Positions 27,527 through 37,048 of a stretch of DNA of 55,441 nt are shown in pieces. The translations under genes and the position numbers were made by a program. Position 1 is the first letter of the stretch. Every line of letters starts with the position of its first letter. This DNA is from Parcubacteria group bacterium Gr01-1014_2 (lineage in GTDB: Bacteria; Patescibacteriota; Minisyncoccia; 2-02-FULL-40-12): positions 1-55,441 of the forward strand of contig VMGG01000004.1 in NCBI GenBank assembly GCA_007376425.1, written 5' to 3'. The notes under the pieces are model-generated. The model ran no database searches and was not told the origin of the DNA. It saw only the letters and a program-made list of their open reading frames with translations.

Positions 27527-27712
27527 TTTGGTCTTTTCTGACGATTCGATTTCATCAACCGTTCAAGGAACAACATACATCCTCCTCTATATACAGGCTA
27601 GCATTTTGATGAATTCCGACGCAAGGTCGGAGTTCCAACTGATAACGTTGAGTTCCGGTGAGGGTCATTAATTGGCATAAGTATCAAAGACGGGATTTTG
27701 ACTCAACGTCTC

Positions 27713-27916
27713 TTAAGAGTCGTAAGAAGCGGACTCTCTCCAAAGCCAGACGATCAAACCGAGGCCGCAGAGAATCACAAACAGAAGTGCCCACGCTGGT
27801 AAATTTTCTACCAAGAACCAGATGTAACTTGTGACATCCAGCTTCAGGTAAAGGTAAATTATCAGCAGACTCATTGTGACGGCAACGCCAAGAGGCAGAA
27901 ATTTCGCTGTTCTCAT
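27713..27916 (-). CDS. small 2-TM membrane protein (GC-rich cassette)
   Basis: 67 aa. The SD GAGGAGGA lies 4 nt upstream of the ATG. Confidence 0.45.
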   Translation of the reverse strand: MRTAKFLPLGVAVTMSLLIIYLYLKLDVTSYIWFLVENLPAWALLFVILCGLGLIVWLWRESASYDS

Positions 27917-28113
27917 TTGCTCCTCCTCTATATGCTAAATTACCCGCGCAATTAGTTGAAGCATGGCTTTCTTCCTTGAAAAGGTCTATAAATTTTGTAT
28001 CATAAAGTTAAGTAGCAATCAAATGCGAAAAGCGCGAGGTGTAGCCATTGTTTGTAAAAACATTAAAAAACCAGCTTGGCGTATCTGATCTTTGAACTTT
28101 TGTAAGTTTGTAG

Positions 28114-28137
28114 CGAGGGGTATAGCCGATTTCTGAA
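28114..28137 (-). repeat. solo family-A-end-like module, inverted copy
   Basis: cgaggggtatagccgatttctgaa is the reverse complement of 27408-27431. Confidence 0.6.
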
Positions 28138-28166
28138 CTACCAAGGGAGCAGAAACAAATAACCGA

Positions 28167-28229
28167 AAGAGAGTGAAAATTTGCCGATGACAAATAGGGT
28201 GGAGGGTGCCTTATTTGTCGGCAAATTTT
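28167..28229. repeat. family B core hairpin only (B5)
   Basis: aaaatttgccgatgacaaata-gggtggagggtgcc-ttatttgtcggcaaatttt. Supplies the first 8 codons of rplI. Confidence 0.7.
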
Positions 28230-28622
28230 AATGAGGTCAAGTTCTTACTTGCCTATGCCAGGAATTTTTTGGTGCCAAAGAAGTTGGCGATTCTGGCGAC
28301 CGCTGAAAATTTAAAAGAGATAGATGAATTAAAAAAGAAAAAGGCTTTGACTATTCAAGAGGAGCTTCAGAAAATGAAAGAAGTAGCCGATAGATTAAAA
28401 GATTACAGGTTGATTATTGAAACTAAAGCCGACGAAAAAGGAAATTTATACGCGGCAATAATGCCGAAAAAAATAGGCGAAGCTTTGAGGGAGCGGGGGA
28501 TAGAGGTTAATCCTGACTACCTTGAAATTTTCAATATAATTAAAAAGGTTGGGGTTCACCAAGCTTTATTTAAATATTATGACATTGAGGCTAAATTTGA
28601 AGTAGAGACAGTTCGGGTCTAA
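28206..28622 (+). CDS. rplI: 50S ribosomal protein L9 with a replaced or truncated N-terminus
   Basis: L9 homology starts at ...[29 protein letters not shown]. The GTG start and codons 1-8 lie in the B5 hairpin. Confidence 0.65.
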   Translation: MPYLSANFNEVKFLLAYARNFLVPKKLAILATAENLKEIDELKKKKALTIQEELQKMKEVADRLKDYRLIIETKADEKGNLYAAIMPKKIGEALRERGIEVNPDYLEIFNIIKKVGVHQALFKYYDIEAKFEVETVRV

Positions 28623-28891
28623 ATAACATTAACAACCGTAGCAATTTTTTTAGAACCGTCAAATTTAGAGAGCTTTTTAGTTTTAAAGTTAATTTTACCT
28701 TCTTTGACAGCGTAAATCGTGTCGTCTCCGCCAAGGCGGACGCCAATACCAGGCACATATTTTGTACCCCTTTGCCTGATTATTATATTGCCTGGCCGAA
28801 CGATCTGATCTCCAAAAAGTTTGACGCCAAGGCGCTGTGAAGCTGATTCACGGGCATTTTTAGACGAACCTTTTTGTTTTGTATGTGCCAT
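28619..28891 (-). CDS. rpmA: 50S ribosomal protein L27
   Basis: [29 protein letters not shown]...RQRGTK. Confidence 0.9.
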   Translation of the reverse strand: MAHTKQKGSSKNARESASQRLGVKLFGDQIVRPGNIIIRQRGTKYVPGIGVRLGGDDTIYAVKEGKINFKTKKLSKFDGSKKIATVVNVI

Positions 28892-28924
28892 AATCTTTAA
28901 ACTTTAAATATTTAAACTTTTCTT

Positions 28925-29335
28925 ATGTTATCAGAAATTTTAGAAACAATCAAGAAAAACCTATTCCTCATATTTTTAATCGTTTTAATCTCCCTTTTGA
29001 GCTTTCAGTTGGGCCGAATTTCAAAAACTTCATTTCAACCTATAAAAATAGAGAAGGCGAGCCTATTAGAAATTCAAAATTTAGGAACTGAAGGTAGAGT
29101 AGGGGAGACTGAAAAAAATTTAAAAACAGACTTCAGGACTAAATCGATCCAAGAATTGGATCGATCGCCCGATTCAATAGAGTTTAGGGTGGTAGCAAGT
29201 AAAAATTCAAATAAATATCACTTCCTTTGGTGTCCGGGAGCAAAACAGATTAAGGAACAAAATAAAATTTATTTTAATACCGAACAAGAAGCAATCAATG
29301 CCGGATATATTTTAGCCGGTAATTGTTCTAAATAG
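28925..29335 (+). CDS. membrane-anchored protein with Ada-like metal-binding (sunset-type) C-terminal domain
   Basis: Contains ASKNSNKYHFLWCPGAKQIKEQNKIYFNTEQEAINAGYILAGNC. Confidence 0.5.
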   Translation: MLSEILETIKKNLFLIFLIVLISLLSFQLGRISKTSFQPIKIEKASLLEIQNLGTEGRVGETEKNLKTDFRTKSIQELDRSPDSIEFRVVASKNSNKYHFLWCPGAKQIKEQNKIYFNTEQEAINAGYILAGNCSK

Positions 29336-29378
29336 GCTAAAGCCCGTTGGGTTCGCCCGAACACTTCTATAAGAAATG

Positions 29379-30128
29379 TTATAGGGAGACCCCATTCTTA
29401 ATTTTTTTAATCCAGAAATCATGTTCCCATTCCCAAAGATTTCTACAAGCCAAGAAGGCTTTAATATCATTTTCAAAACTATCTAACTCTTTAAGTTCAA
29501 TATCGCCTAAAATCGGCCCCCAAGAATGTTGGCAATTATTGGCTCCGCCTCTAATTTTTATATTTCCGCCTTTTTCTCTTAATTTTGCCCCGCATTTTTG
29601 ACAGGTTTTAGCCTGATCAATCCGTAAGACCCAACGAGTGGTCGGAAAAATATTATTTTCTCTTACTGCTTCAACGTAAGCCGCGGTTTGCAATCCATAA
29701 TCGCGATAAATTGAATACGAAGTCTTAATATCCAAAATTCCAAGCCGGCCATTTAGTTTGCCGATGACATCAACTGTGCCGGCATACCAATGATTTTTAG
29801 AGACGACTCGTTCCTCAACTTTCATCGGAACGATTTCGTTTTTTTTCTTAAATTCCACAAAGGCGTCAATGGCTGGTTTAATAGAAAAGGGGATAGCCAC
29901 TGATTTTTCTCCCAATATTGCTTCAATTGTTTCATGGATTAGAGTCCCTTCATCAGCGGATCTTGATTTAATTGATTCAGCCATCGAAAAACTGCCTTGG
30001 TCAGCGTAAAACTTATAAAGAGCCGGCTTAGCCTTAATGGAGACGATAGAGGTGACTCGGGGATACCAAACGCCATCTATCTCATATCCAGTTTTTGCTT
30101 TGAAGTGTTTTAAATCAGCGTAGAACAT
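29379..30128 (-). CDS. PD-(D/E)XK nuclease-superfamily protein with Zn-ribbon insertion
   Basis: Contains GTVDVIG, LDIKTS and CQKCGAKL...CQH. Confidence 0.55.
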   Translation of the reverse strand: MFYADLKHFKAKTGYEIDGVWYPRVTSIVSIKAKPALYKFYADQGSFSMAESIKSRSADEGTLIHETIEAILGEKSVAIPFSIKPAIDAFVEFKKKNEIVPMKVEERVVSKNHWYAGTVDVIGKLNGRLGILDIKTSYSIYRDYGLQTAAYVEAVRENNIFPTTRWVLRIDQAKTCQKCGAKLREKGGNIKIRGGANNCQHSWGPILGDIELKELDSFENDIKAFLACRNLWEWEHDFWIKKIKNGVSL

Positions 30129-30189
30129 TAAAGATGTAGTTTAGCATTATTTTAACAACATCCAAATTTCTAATGTTGATAACAGGGGA

Positions 30190-30217
30190 TTGACCCAAAG
30201 TAGTAGTACTCTATGAT
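30190..30217 (+). promoter_or_regulatory. sigma70-like promoter upstream of the tyrosine recombinase
   Basis: TTGACC, 16-nt spacer, TATGAT. Confidence 0.4.
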
Positions 30218-30312
30218 ATATAAAGGTTCGCATAATTATACTTTATCGTATAATCATGGACTTTGACTATATAATCAGCACTTCCCTTTTAATCAAGACT
30301 AAAATTGTATTC

Positions 30313-31269
30313 ATGGAAAAAAACCAAAAACCTATCCCCGCTCATATAAATAATTTTTTGGATTGGTTAGACATTGAAAAAGGGTTGTCGTCTAAATCCC
30401 AAGAAAGTTACTGTAGGTTTATAAAAAAGTTTTTAGATTGGTTAAAGGTACGTAAGCTGGAAAATTTAAAACCCCACGAGCTCTCCTCCGACCATATTTG
30501 GCAGTACAGAGTTTTTTTATCGCGCCACTCCTCTACTTCTAAAAAAATGCCGTTAAAAAAATCCACCCAAAATTATTATTTGATTGCTTTACGTTCTTTG
30601 CTTAATTATTTTGCCAACCGCGACATCTTATCTTTGCCGGCCGAAAAAATTAAATTGGCTCACGATAAAGATGAACGGCAAGTCAGGTTTCTGAATTTAG
30701 AAAAGTTAGAAAAACTATTTTCTGTCCCGGACATCAATAAGATTCAAGGATTAAGAGACCGGACGATATTTGAGGCATTTTTTTCTACCGGAATGCGTAT
30801 TTCCGAGCTTACTTCTTTAAATAAAGAACAGGTTAAAATTAGTCCCGGCATTAAAGAATTAGAATTAGCAATTACTGGCAAGGGTGGCCGAGTCAGAACA
30901 GTGTATTTCTCCGAGAGAGCGATTCACTGGCTCAAGAAGTATCTAGACACCAGAAAAGACAACGACAAGGCTTTATTTATCAATTATCGTTCTAAAAAAG
31001 GAGCTTCAAGGCGATTAACCCCGCGCTATATTGAAAAAATTATGAAAACTTATGTTATGTTGGCCGGGTTGCCTATTTTTACCACCCCTCATGTAATGAG
31101 ACATTCGTTTGCCACGGATTTATTAAGCCAAGGTGTGGATATAAGGACTCTTCAGGAGTTTTTGGGCCATAAAAACATTTCAGCAACCCAAATTTATACT
31201 CACGTGACTAATAAAAGATTAAGAGAAATCCATCGCAAATTTCACAGCGGTAGAAAGTTAACAATATAA
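30313..31269 (+). CDS. tyrosine site-specific recombinase XerC/XerD family
   Basis: ATG at 30313. Contains RDRTIFEAFFSTGMRISEL, HVMRHSFAT and LGHKNISATQIYTH. Confidence 0.85.
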   Translation: MEKNQKPIPAHINNFLDWLDIEKGLSSKSQESYCRFIKKFLDWLKVRKLENLKPHELSSDHIWQYRVFLSRHSSTSKKMPLKKSTQNYYLIALRSLLNYFANRDILSLPAEKIKLAHDKDERQVRFLNLEKLEKLFSVPDINKIQGLRDRTIFEAFFSTGMRISELTSLNKEQVKISPGIKELELAITGKGGRVRTVYFSERAIHWLKKYLDTRKDNDKALFINYRSKKGASRRLTPRYIEKIMKTYVMLAGLPIFTTPHVMRHSFATDLLSQGVDIRTLQEFLGHKNISATQIYTHVTNKRLREIHRKFHSGRKLTI

Positions 31270-31275
31270 GTTTAG

Positions 31276-32562
31276 CTAATCATTTCTTGTAAACATCACT
31301 AAGTCCTTGAAGAATAAAGAAAGCGCCTTACTAAGCGGTAAAATTCTTAAAAAGTATTTCAAGTCAACTAATTGCCTTAAGCAATAACCCCAAAAGCCGG
31401 CGATGTTCAGCCCTTTATAATGAAAGTAGGCCCACTTGCCCCCTGCTGGTGCTATCCAGGCATCATAAAATGGCTTATAAGGCCCCATTCTCTGGTTTTT
31501 AATGGTTCTAATAATGTTTTCAGCAGCGACATCAGCTTGATCGTGAGCCACATAAGCCATTGCCGGGACTGGTTTTTTGGTTTGAGGGTCAATTAAAGTT
31601 GCGCTGTCCCCTATCGCAAAAATATTCTTGTTACTTGTTTCATCTGAATTTTTTGTTTGTAAAAAGTCGTTAATTTCAATTGTCCCTCTTTTTGTCAGTT
31701 TTAATCCTAAATTTTCCAAAAGTCTTGAGCCACGGACTCCGCCAGTCCAAATTATTAAATCAAAACCGGTTAGCTCTCCTCCAGCTTTTGTTTTTATGGA
31801 GTCGGGCCCGACTTCTTCGACTTGGGAATTAAGCCGAATATTAACGCCGAGTTTTCTAAGCCTTTTTTCAATAGATTTTCTTTGTCTTACGTTTAGCACT
31901 GGCAGAATCGCCGGGCCGGCCTCAAACAACTGAATCTGGGTGCATTTTTTATCCAGACTGCAGGCCTTGACGATATTTTTTACGCAACAGGCAAGTTCTG
32001 CGGTCAGCTCCACTCCGGTAAATCCCCCACCAATAATCCCGATTTTAATCGGTTCTGCCCGGTTCTCTTTCTGGTAATTATCGTAAATTTCCCTGATTTT
32101 TTTAAAAATCCCGATGGCGTCGTCTATGGCTTTAAAATTAAAGGCATAATCTTGAACTCCGGGAATCCCGTAAAATTCAGTTTCCCCGCCAAGGGCAATA
32201 ATTAAATAATCAAAATCGAGTTTGTTTCCGGCGCCGGTATTTACAAACCTTTTCCTTAAGTTTACTTCTTTTATTTCTGTTTGGACAAAATCTATTTTTT
32301 TGTTTTCTAATGTTTCGCTAAGGGGTATCGCAACCGAGCCTCTTAAGTATTTCGCAAAACCATCTTCAATTAGCCCATAAACCGTGGCTACTTCGTAAAG
32401 TGACGGCATGAAAAGGTGAAAATTATTCCGATCAACCAAGGTAATTTTCCAGCCTGCGGCTGGTCCGCCGGAGGCGGAAAAGTTCCTTTTGAGTTTTTTC
32501 TCCAACTTTAAAGCAGCGCTAACTCCGCCAAAACCAGCCCCCAAGATAAGGATATTTGTCAT
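31276..32562 (-). CDS. ndh: type II NADH dehydrogenase / FAD-dependent pyridine nucleotide-disulfide oxidoreductase
   Basis: Contains ILILGAGFGGV, IGIIGGGFTGVE and FAIGD. Confidence 0.8.
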   Translation of the reverse strand: MTNILILGAGFGGVSAALKLEKKLKRNFSASGGPAAGWKITLVDRNNFHLFMPSLYEVATVYGLIEDGFAKYLRGSVAIPLSETLENKKIDFVQTEIKEVNLRKRFVNTGAGNKLDFDYLIIALGGETEFYGIPGVQDYAFNFKAIDDAIGIFKKIREIYDNYQKENRAEPIKIGIIGGGFTGVELTAELACCVKNIVKACSLDKKCTQIQLFEAGPAILPVLNVRQRKSIEKRLRKLGVNIRLNSQVEEVGPDSIKTKAGGELTGFDLIIWTGGVRGSRLLENLGLKLTKRGTIEINDFLQTKNSDETSNKNIFAIGDSATLIDPQTKKPVPAMAYVAHDQADVAAENIIRTIKNQRMGPYKPFYDAWIAPAGGKWAYFHYKGLNIAGFWGYCLRQLVDLKYFLRILPLSKALSLFFKDLVMFTRND

Positions 32563-32564
32563 AT

Positions 32565-33881
32565 TCAGATATAATCCAAAGGATTTAAGCTTCCGTCAAA
32601 ATAGTTAAAATAAACTTGGCCTGTTTTCGGACCAATAAAAGTAAAAAATTCATGATACAAACTTAAATGCAGATGAGAACCAGTGACAAAGCCAGTTGCT
32701 CCTTCGTAGCCTATAACCGTATCTTGGTCAACTCTTTCTCCTGTCAGAACCAATGCTGGATCTCTCATGTGGCCGTAGACGCTGACTAAATCATTATCGT
32801 GTCTTATGGCGAGCCAATTGCCGCCGGCATTATTAAATCCTTTTGCTAAAACTACTCCTTGGCCGATTGATTTTATCTCTGAACCAGGCCCGCCAGTCAT
32901 ATCGATGCCATTATGAGGAGCGCCTCCGTAAGCTCCTCTTTTAGCAAAGCTAGTATATCCATATCCCTGGGTTATTATATAATCATCCAGAGGTATTTTA
33001 TAGAGCTTGGCTTTAGGCGGGACTGACGCGGCTTTTACCATGACTATGTAAATACCTTGTTTTCGGGCCTCTGTTTCAAATACTTGCAGTTCTTGATAAA
33101 ATTCGGCTTTTTTCTTTTCGACTTCAGTCAGAAGCTGTTGGAATTTTTGTTCCTGGCCTTTTGTTTTAACTAACAGGTCATTTTTAGTTAATTGAGTTGT
33201 TTCAGAAGCAATTTTTTGGTTTTGGCGCCTGGTGTTCAGGGTTACCATTTCCAGTTTCTTAGTTTCAGCCGCCTCTTTTCGGCTATCGAGTTCTTTTTTA
33301 AGTTCAATAAAACTCGTAAGGTTTAAGGCTAATTGCCCTTGCAGATTATTTATATGTTCGAGGTGACTAAAAAAGTCAGAAATTTTGGGATTGGCCAGGA
33401 GTATAAACGCAAAATCTTGTTTTTCGTTGTTGTCTAGCTGTCTTAATAGCTCTGAAATTGATTTTTTATTTTTATCTATTTTACTTTCGGTTTGAGCGAT
33501 TTCCACATTTAAATCTTTAATTTCAAGATTAGTCAGCTCTATTCTCCGGTTGGTGGTCAGTATATCAATTTGTAATTTGGCAATCCGGTTCTCTAAAATT
33601 GCCAATTCTTTTTTTAAAGTTGTGCCTTCGGCTTGTTTTTTAGTTATCTGTTTTTTGTATTCAGATGACTGTTTTTCGAGTTCCTGGATCTGCTGTCTTA
33701 TTTCAAGGATTTTATCGTCCCGATTTTGTTCAACGCTTTGCGTTGACAACAAAATCGAGGATCCTCGATACTCTGTATCGGGACTATTATTTTCTTGGGC
33801 AGAAACGATTAAACAATTGGCGAAAAAGTAAACCAGACCAAAAATATTAATTAAAAGCGATCGCTTTTTATTAATAGTCAT
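32565..33881 (-). CDS. coiled-coil M23 family metallopeptidase
   Basis: Long coiled coil, then HNGIDM and GSHLHLSLY. Confidence 0.8.
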   Translation of the reverse strand: MTINKKRSLLINIFGLVYFFANCLIVSAQENNSPDTEYRGSSILLSTQSVEQNRDDKILEIRQQIQELEKQSSEYKKQITKKQAEGTTLKKELAILENRIAKLQIDILTTNRRIELTNLEIKDLNVEIAQTESKIDKNKKSISELLRQLDNNEKQDFAFILLANPKISDFFSHLEHINNLQGQLALNLTSFIELKKELDSRKEAAETKKLEMVTLNTRRQNQKIASETTQLTKNDLLVKTKGQEQKFQQLLTEVEKKKAEFYQELQVFETEARKQGIYIVMVKAASVPPKAKLYKIPLDDYIITQGYGYTSFAKRGAYGGAPHNGIDMTGGPGSEIKSIGQGVVLAKGFNNAGGNWLAIRHDNDLVSVYGHMRDPALVLTGERVDQDTVIGYEGATGFVTGSHLHLSLYHEFFTFIGPKTGQVYFNYFDGSLNPLDYI

Positions 33882-35455
33882 TCGATTATGGCTTTTTCTA
33901 TTCTTTTTAGAATAATTTCTTTTGGTAGAACCCCCAATAAATCAACCGGATCTGGCGAACCTTGCTTTCCGGTCAGAGCCACCCGTAACGGCCAATAAAC
34001 CGCTCCCCTGTCTCCATTAAATTTATCTTTGGCTAAATCATCTAATTTTTTTCTGATGTAATCTTTATCAAAAATTTCCCAGTCAATTGGTTCAAGAGTT
34101 TCTTTAACTAAAGTGAGCGCTTTTTTAGTATCCTCGCCGGGCATATTTTTTTTACCCGCCTGCTTGTCCGCCAAAGCTTTAGCGTCGGCGGAAGCTTTAG
34201 CGTAGGAGGGCCAATTTAAGAGTCCCCTATCGTATTTTGGCTCTCTGAAAAAGTAATCAAAATTTTTTATGTCAGATAACTTTTCCATTCTTTCTGTCAT
34301 AAGATGCTGGATTTTGTCCAAGTAGTCGTCTTTTACCCAGTTAAATTGTTGCTTCGCAACACCGCCTTTGGCGGATTTAACGGGGTGAATATCATTTACC
34401 CCAAGTTCTTTAATGATGAACGGCATGATTGCTGCCCTGAATTGTTCAGGCGGCAACTGATGGATATAATAGCCGCTCATCCAGTTTAGTTTTTTTATAT
34501 CAAAAACCGCTGGAGATTTTTGGACATTTTTTAAATCAAATGAAGAGATTAATTCGTCAATGTAATAAATATCTTCTGGCTTTTTGTTTTGATCGTTTGG
34601 ATTTTGGATTTTGGATTTTGGATTTTTATTTGGCCTCCATCCCAAAAGCGCCATAAAATTAACTAAAGCTTCGGTTAGATAACCATCTTCGCGGTATTCA
34701 CCGATTGCCGTGGCCCCGTGCCTTTTTGAAAGCTTTGTCCGGTCCGGCCCCAGAATCAAAGGCAGATGGGCGTACCAGAGCGGTTTAATTCCGAGCGCTT
34801 CTTGAATCAAAATCTGTTTTGGCGTATTTGAAATATGGTCTTCTCCTCTGATAACATGAGAGATTTTCGTTTCATGGTCATCAACTACTACGGCAAAATT
34901 ATATAACGGCGTGTCCAAATCTTTTGCCAAACTTAAGTCCCCTATCAATTTTTCCTGCCACTCAACTGTTCCGCGGATAATGTCGTTGAAATGAATAGTT
35001 CGTGTTGAATTCTCATTGACTTTCAGTCGGATTATGCCGTTTTTGTTTTGAAACTTGAAACTTGAAACTTGAAACTTGTGTTCGCAGACATGGCGCGGGG
35101 CTTCTTTTTTTTTCATTTGCTCTTTTTTTTCGGTTTCCAACTCCTCAACCGAGTGATAGCACCAAAACGCCTTGTCCTCGTCTAAAAGTTTCTGAAGGTG
35201 TTTTTTATAAATATCTAATCGTTCGCTTTGCCTGTAAAATTCATCCCATTCTAAATTAAGCCAATCCAAAGAATCTTTAATATCTTCTTCAAATTTTGGG
35301 CTTGAGCGTTCTAAGTCTGTGTCCTCAATTCTTAAAACAAAAATTCCGCCGTTTTTCCGGGCAAATAGCCAGTTAAAAAGCGCAGTCCGGGCAGTTCCGA
35401 TATGCAAAGGCCCGGTCGGCGAAGGCGCTATTCTGACTCTGATTTCGTTGGACAC
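33878..35455 (-). CDS. gltX: glutamyl-tRNA synthetase with in-frame low-complexity insertions
   Basis: Contains RIAPSPTGPLHIGTARTALFNW and KLSKRHG. Confidence 0.9.
   Translation of the reverse strand: MSNEIRVRIAPSPTGPLHIGTARTALFNWLFARKNGGIFVLRIEDTDLERSSPKFEEDIKDSLDWLNLEWDEFYRQSERLDIYKKHLQKLLDEDKAFWCYHSVEELETEKKEQMKKKEAPRHVCEHKFQVSSFKFQNKNGIIRLKVNENSTRTIHFNDIIRGTVEWQEKLIGDLSLAKDLDTPLYNFAVVVDDHETKISHVIRGEDHISNTPKQILIQEALGIKPLWYAHLPLILGPDRTKLSKRHGATAIGEYREDGYLTEALVNFMALLGWRPNKNPKSKIQNPNDQNKKPEDIYYIDELISSFDLKNVQKSPAVFDIKKLNWMSGYYIHQLPPEQFRAAIMPFIIKELGVNDIHPVKSAKGGVAKQQFNWVKDDYLDKIQHLMTERMEKLSDIKNFDYFFREPKYDRGLLNWPSYAKASADAKALADKQAGKKNMPGEDTKKALTLVKETLEPIDWEIFDKDYIRKKLDDLAKDKFNGDRGAVYWPLRVALTGKQGSPDPVDLLGVLPKEIILKRIEKAIIE
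34599..34626. repeat. perfect heptamer array (ggatttt)x4 inside gltX
   Basis: Read directly. On the minus strand it encodes ...KSKIQNPN... Confidence 0.85.
35051..35078. repeat. perfect heptamer array (aaacttg)x4 inside gltX
   Basis: Read directly. On the minus strand it encodes ...HKFQVSSFKFQ... Confidence 0.85.
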
Positions 35456-35579
35456 ATATAAATTTTAACTGAGTAAATTGATAAAGCCAACATTGACTAC
35501 TGGTATTAGCTATGTTAAGGTGCAAAAAATCAAGTCAATCTCGGCTTGATGAATTGGACCTTGAGATGGAGAATTACCG

Positions 35580-36560
35580 ATGCCAAAGACGTATCAGCCT
35601 GCTGGCGTCGGTATGACGCCAAGCAAAACTAAACTCGGAAAGTTCATCAGAGTTCGCCGACTTGAGCTCAATCTTCGGCAAGTTCCGCTGTCCAAATTGA
35701 TTGGTGTTGGTGGAAATAACATCGGCATGATTGAGACTGGAAAGCGGAAATATCTCAACGATTCCCAACTTGTCCGGCTTGCTAAAGCACTTCAGTGCGA
35801 CGTGGAGGAACTGCGCAAGCGCATGCCGGTCAAGCATATCGCACAACCGAATACGGAATTGGGGAAACTCATCCGTTCTCGGCGTGAAGAACTCGGTCTG
35901 ACGCTTAAAGGCTTTGCCAAAAAGATGAGGATGACCCCTCAACAGGCAAAGCGCTTGGAAGTTAAGAAAAGCCCTCAGATCACCTACTATTCCTTAGTTA
36001 CAAAACTGGCGAAAGTTCTGAATCTGGAGCCGTCAGCTCTAATCAGGTTTGTTCGTGGAGCTAGAAAGTCTACTGCCAGCGAACTCGGCCTGTTAATACG
36101 AAATCGCCGGAAAGAGCTGGTGATGAGTATTAGTCAGCTCGCTGGAAAACTGGACGTCAGCCGGCAGTATGTCAATCGCGTCGAGTTTGGGCAGTGTTCT
36201 TTGAGTGAGAACGATGACATGATTGAGCGGCTTGCCAAAGTTCTCAAACTCGATGTAAACAACCTGCAAGCTGTCAGACCAATAAGGAAGCGGATGGATA
36301 CTGTCAACCCCTTAGGCGAATTTCTGGCCGCGAAGCGATTGGAACTTCGTTTGACCCAGCGAGAGATCGCCGAACGTGTGGATATTCATTGCAACGCTGT
36401 CTCTCGTATCGAGAGAGGATGGTTCCATCCGAATCCCAACTTGCTCGACAAACTTGCCAAAGTGCTGGACTGTCAAGTCCCGCCGGAGCTAATTCCTCCG
36501 CCGCGAGAGCATGGCAACAGCCACAAGCCCCGCGGATCAGGAACTAGAACCTTCCAATGA
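35580..36560 (+). CDS. protein made of four tandem XRE-type helix-turn-helix domains (GC-rich cassette)
   Basis: Four repeats of LG.(F/L)IR.RR.EL.L(T/S)...(L/F)A.K........(I/V)E.G......L..LAKVL. Confidence 0.7.
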   Translation: MPKTYQPAGVGMTPSKTKLGKFIRVRRLELNLRQVPLSKLIGVGGNNIGMIETGKRKYLNDSQLVRLAKALQCDVEELRKRMPVKHIAQPNTELGKLIRSRREELGLTLKGFAKKMRMTPQQAKRLEVKKSPQITYYSLVTKLAKVLNLEPSALIRFVRGARKSTASELGLLIRNRRKELVMSISQLAGKLDVSRQYVNRVEFGQCSLSENDDMIERLAKVLKLDVNNLQAVRPIRKRMDTVNPLGEFLAAKRLELRLTQREIAERVDIHCNAVSRIERGWFHPNPNLLDKLAKVLDCQVPPELIPPPREHGNSHKPRGSGTRTFQ

Positions 36561-36578
36561 CTCGGCTCATTTCCACGG

Positions 36579-36610
36579 GCCTGCACTTCTTCGGAGTTGC
36601 AGGCTCTTTT
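36579..36610 (+). terminator. Rho-independent terminator of the HTH gene
   Basis: gcctgca-cttcttcggagt-tgcaggc followed by tctttt. Confidence 0.7.
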
Positions 36611-36685
36611 CATCGAATTAAAACTTTCCCAGGTTGTCTAAAATAACAATTTTGATATATATGGATAAGAATCCATATAATTATA

Positions 36686-37048
36686 ATGATTAGAGTATTT
36701 ACAGGGCCGACGAGAATCGGTAAAGAGTTACATAAAATCAAAGAAAGATTAGAAGGAGGAAAGTCCCGATCGCATTTTGCGATTGGGGATCCCCGATATC
36801 GCAAAGCGATATCGGGACCGGAACGCGGGATTCACGGACCAATGCACGCCTTAGCCAAAGAGATTTCAGAAACATTCGGCGAACCGAAAAAATTCGCCAT
36901 GTATCTCGGAATAATAAAGAATATCGGCTTAAGGAAAGCTTATTGGATATTTTCAAAAATAAAGCAGTCGAAAGACGTAAAAACGCCCGGGAAACTTTTT
37001 GTTTATGAATCTTCTTATCATAAAAAAGCCAAACGAGATACTAAGTAA
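36686..37048 (+). CDS. hypothetical protein containing a GC-rich nested-palindrome insertion
   Basis: 120-aa ORF. Palindromes ggggatcccc and cccgatatcgc-aaa-gcgatatcggg lie at 36785-36816. Confidence 0.4.
   Translation: MIRVFTGPTRIGKELHKIKERLEGGKSRSHFAIGDPRYRKAISGPERGIHGPMHALAKEISETFGEPKKFAMYLGIIKNIGLRKAYWIFSKIKQSKDVKTPGKLFVYESSYHKKAKRDTK

Noticed and set aside
27232-27671. Three plus-strand ORFs (27232-27609, 27258-27671, 27359-27541), and 28008-28193 on the minus strand.
   Set aside because: They are composed of family B, solo-end module and terminator sequence. They have no SD and repeat-derived, implausible products.
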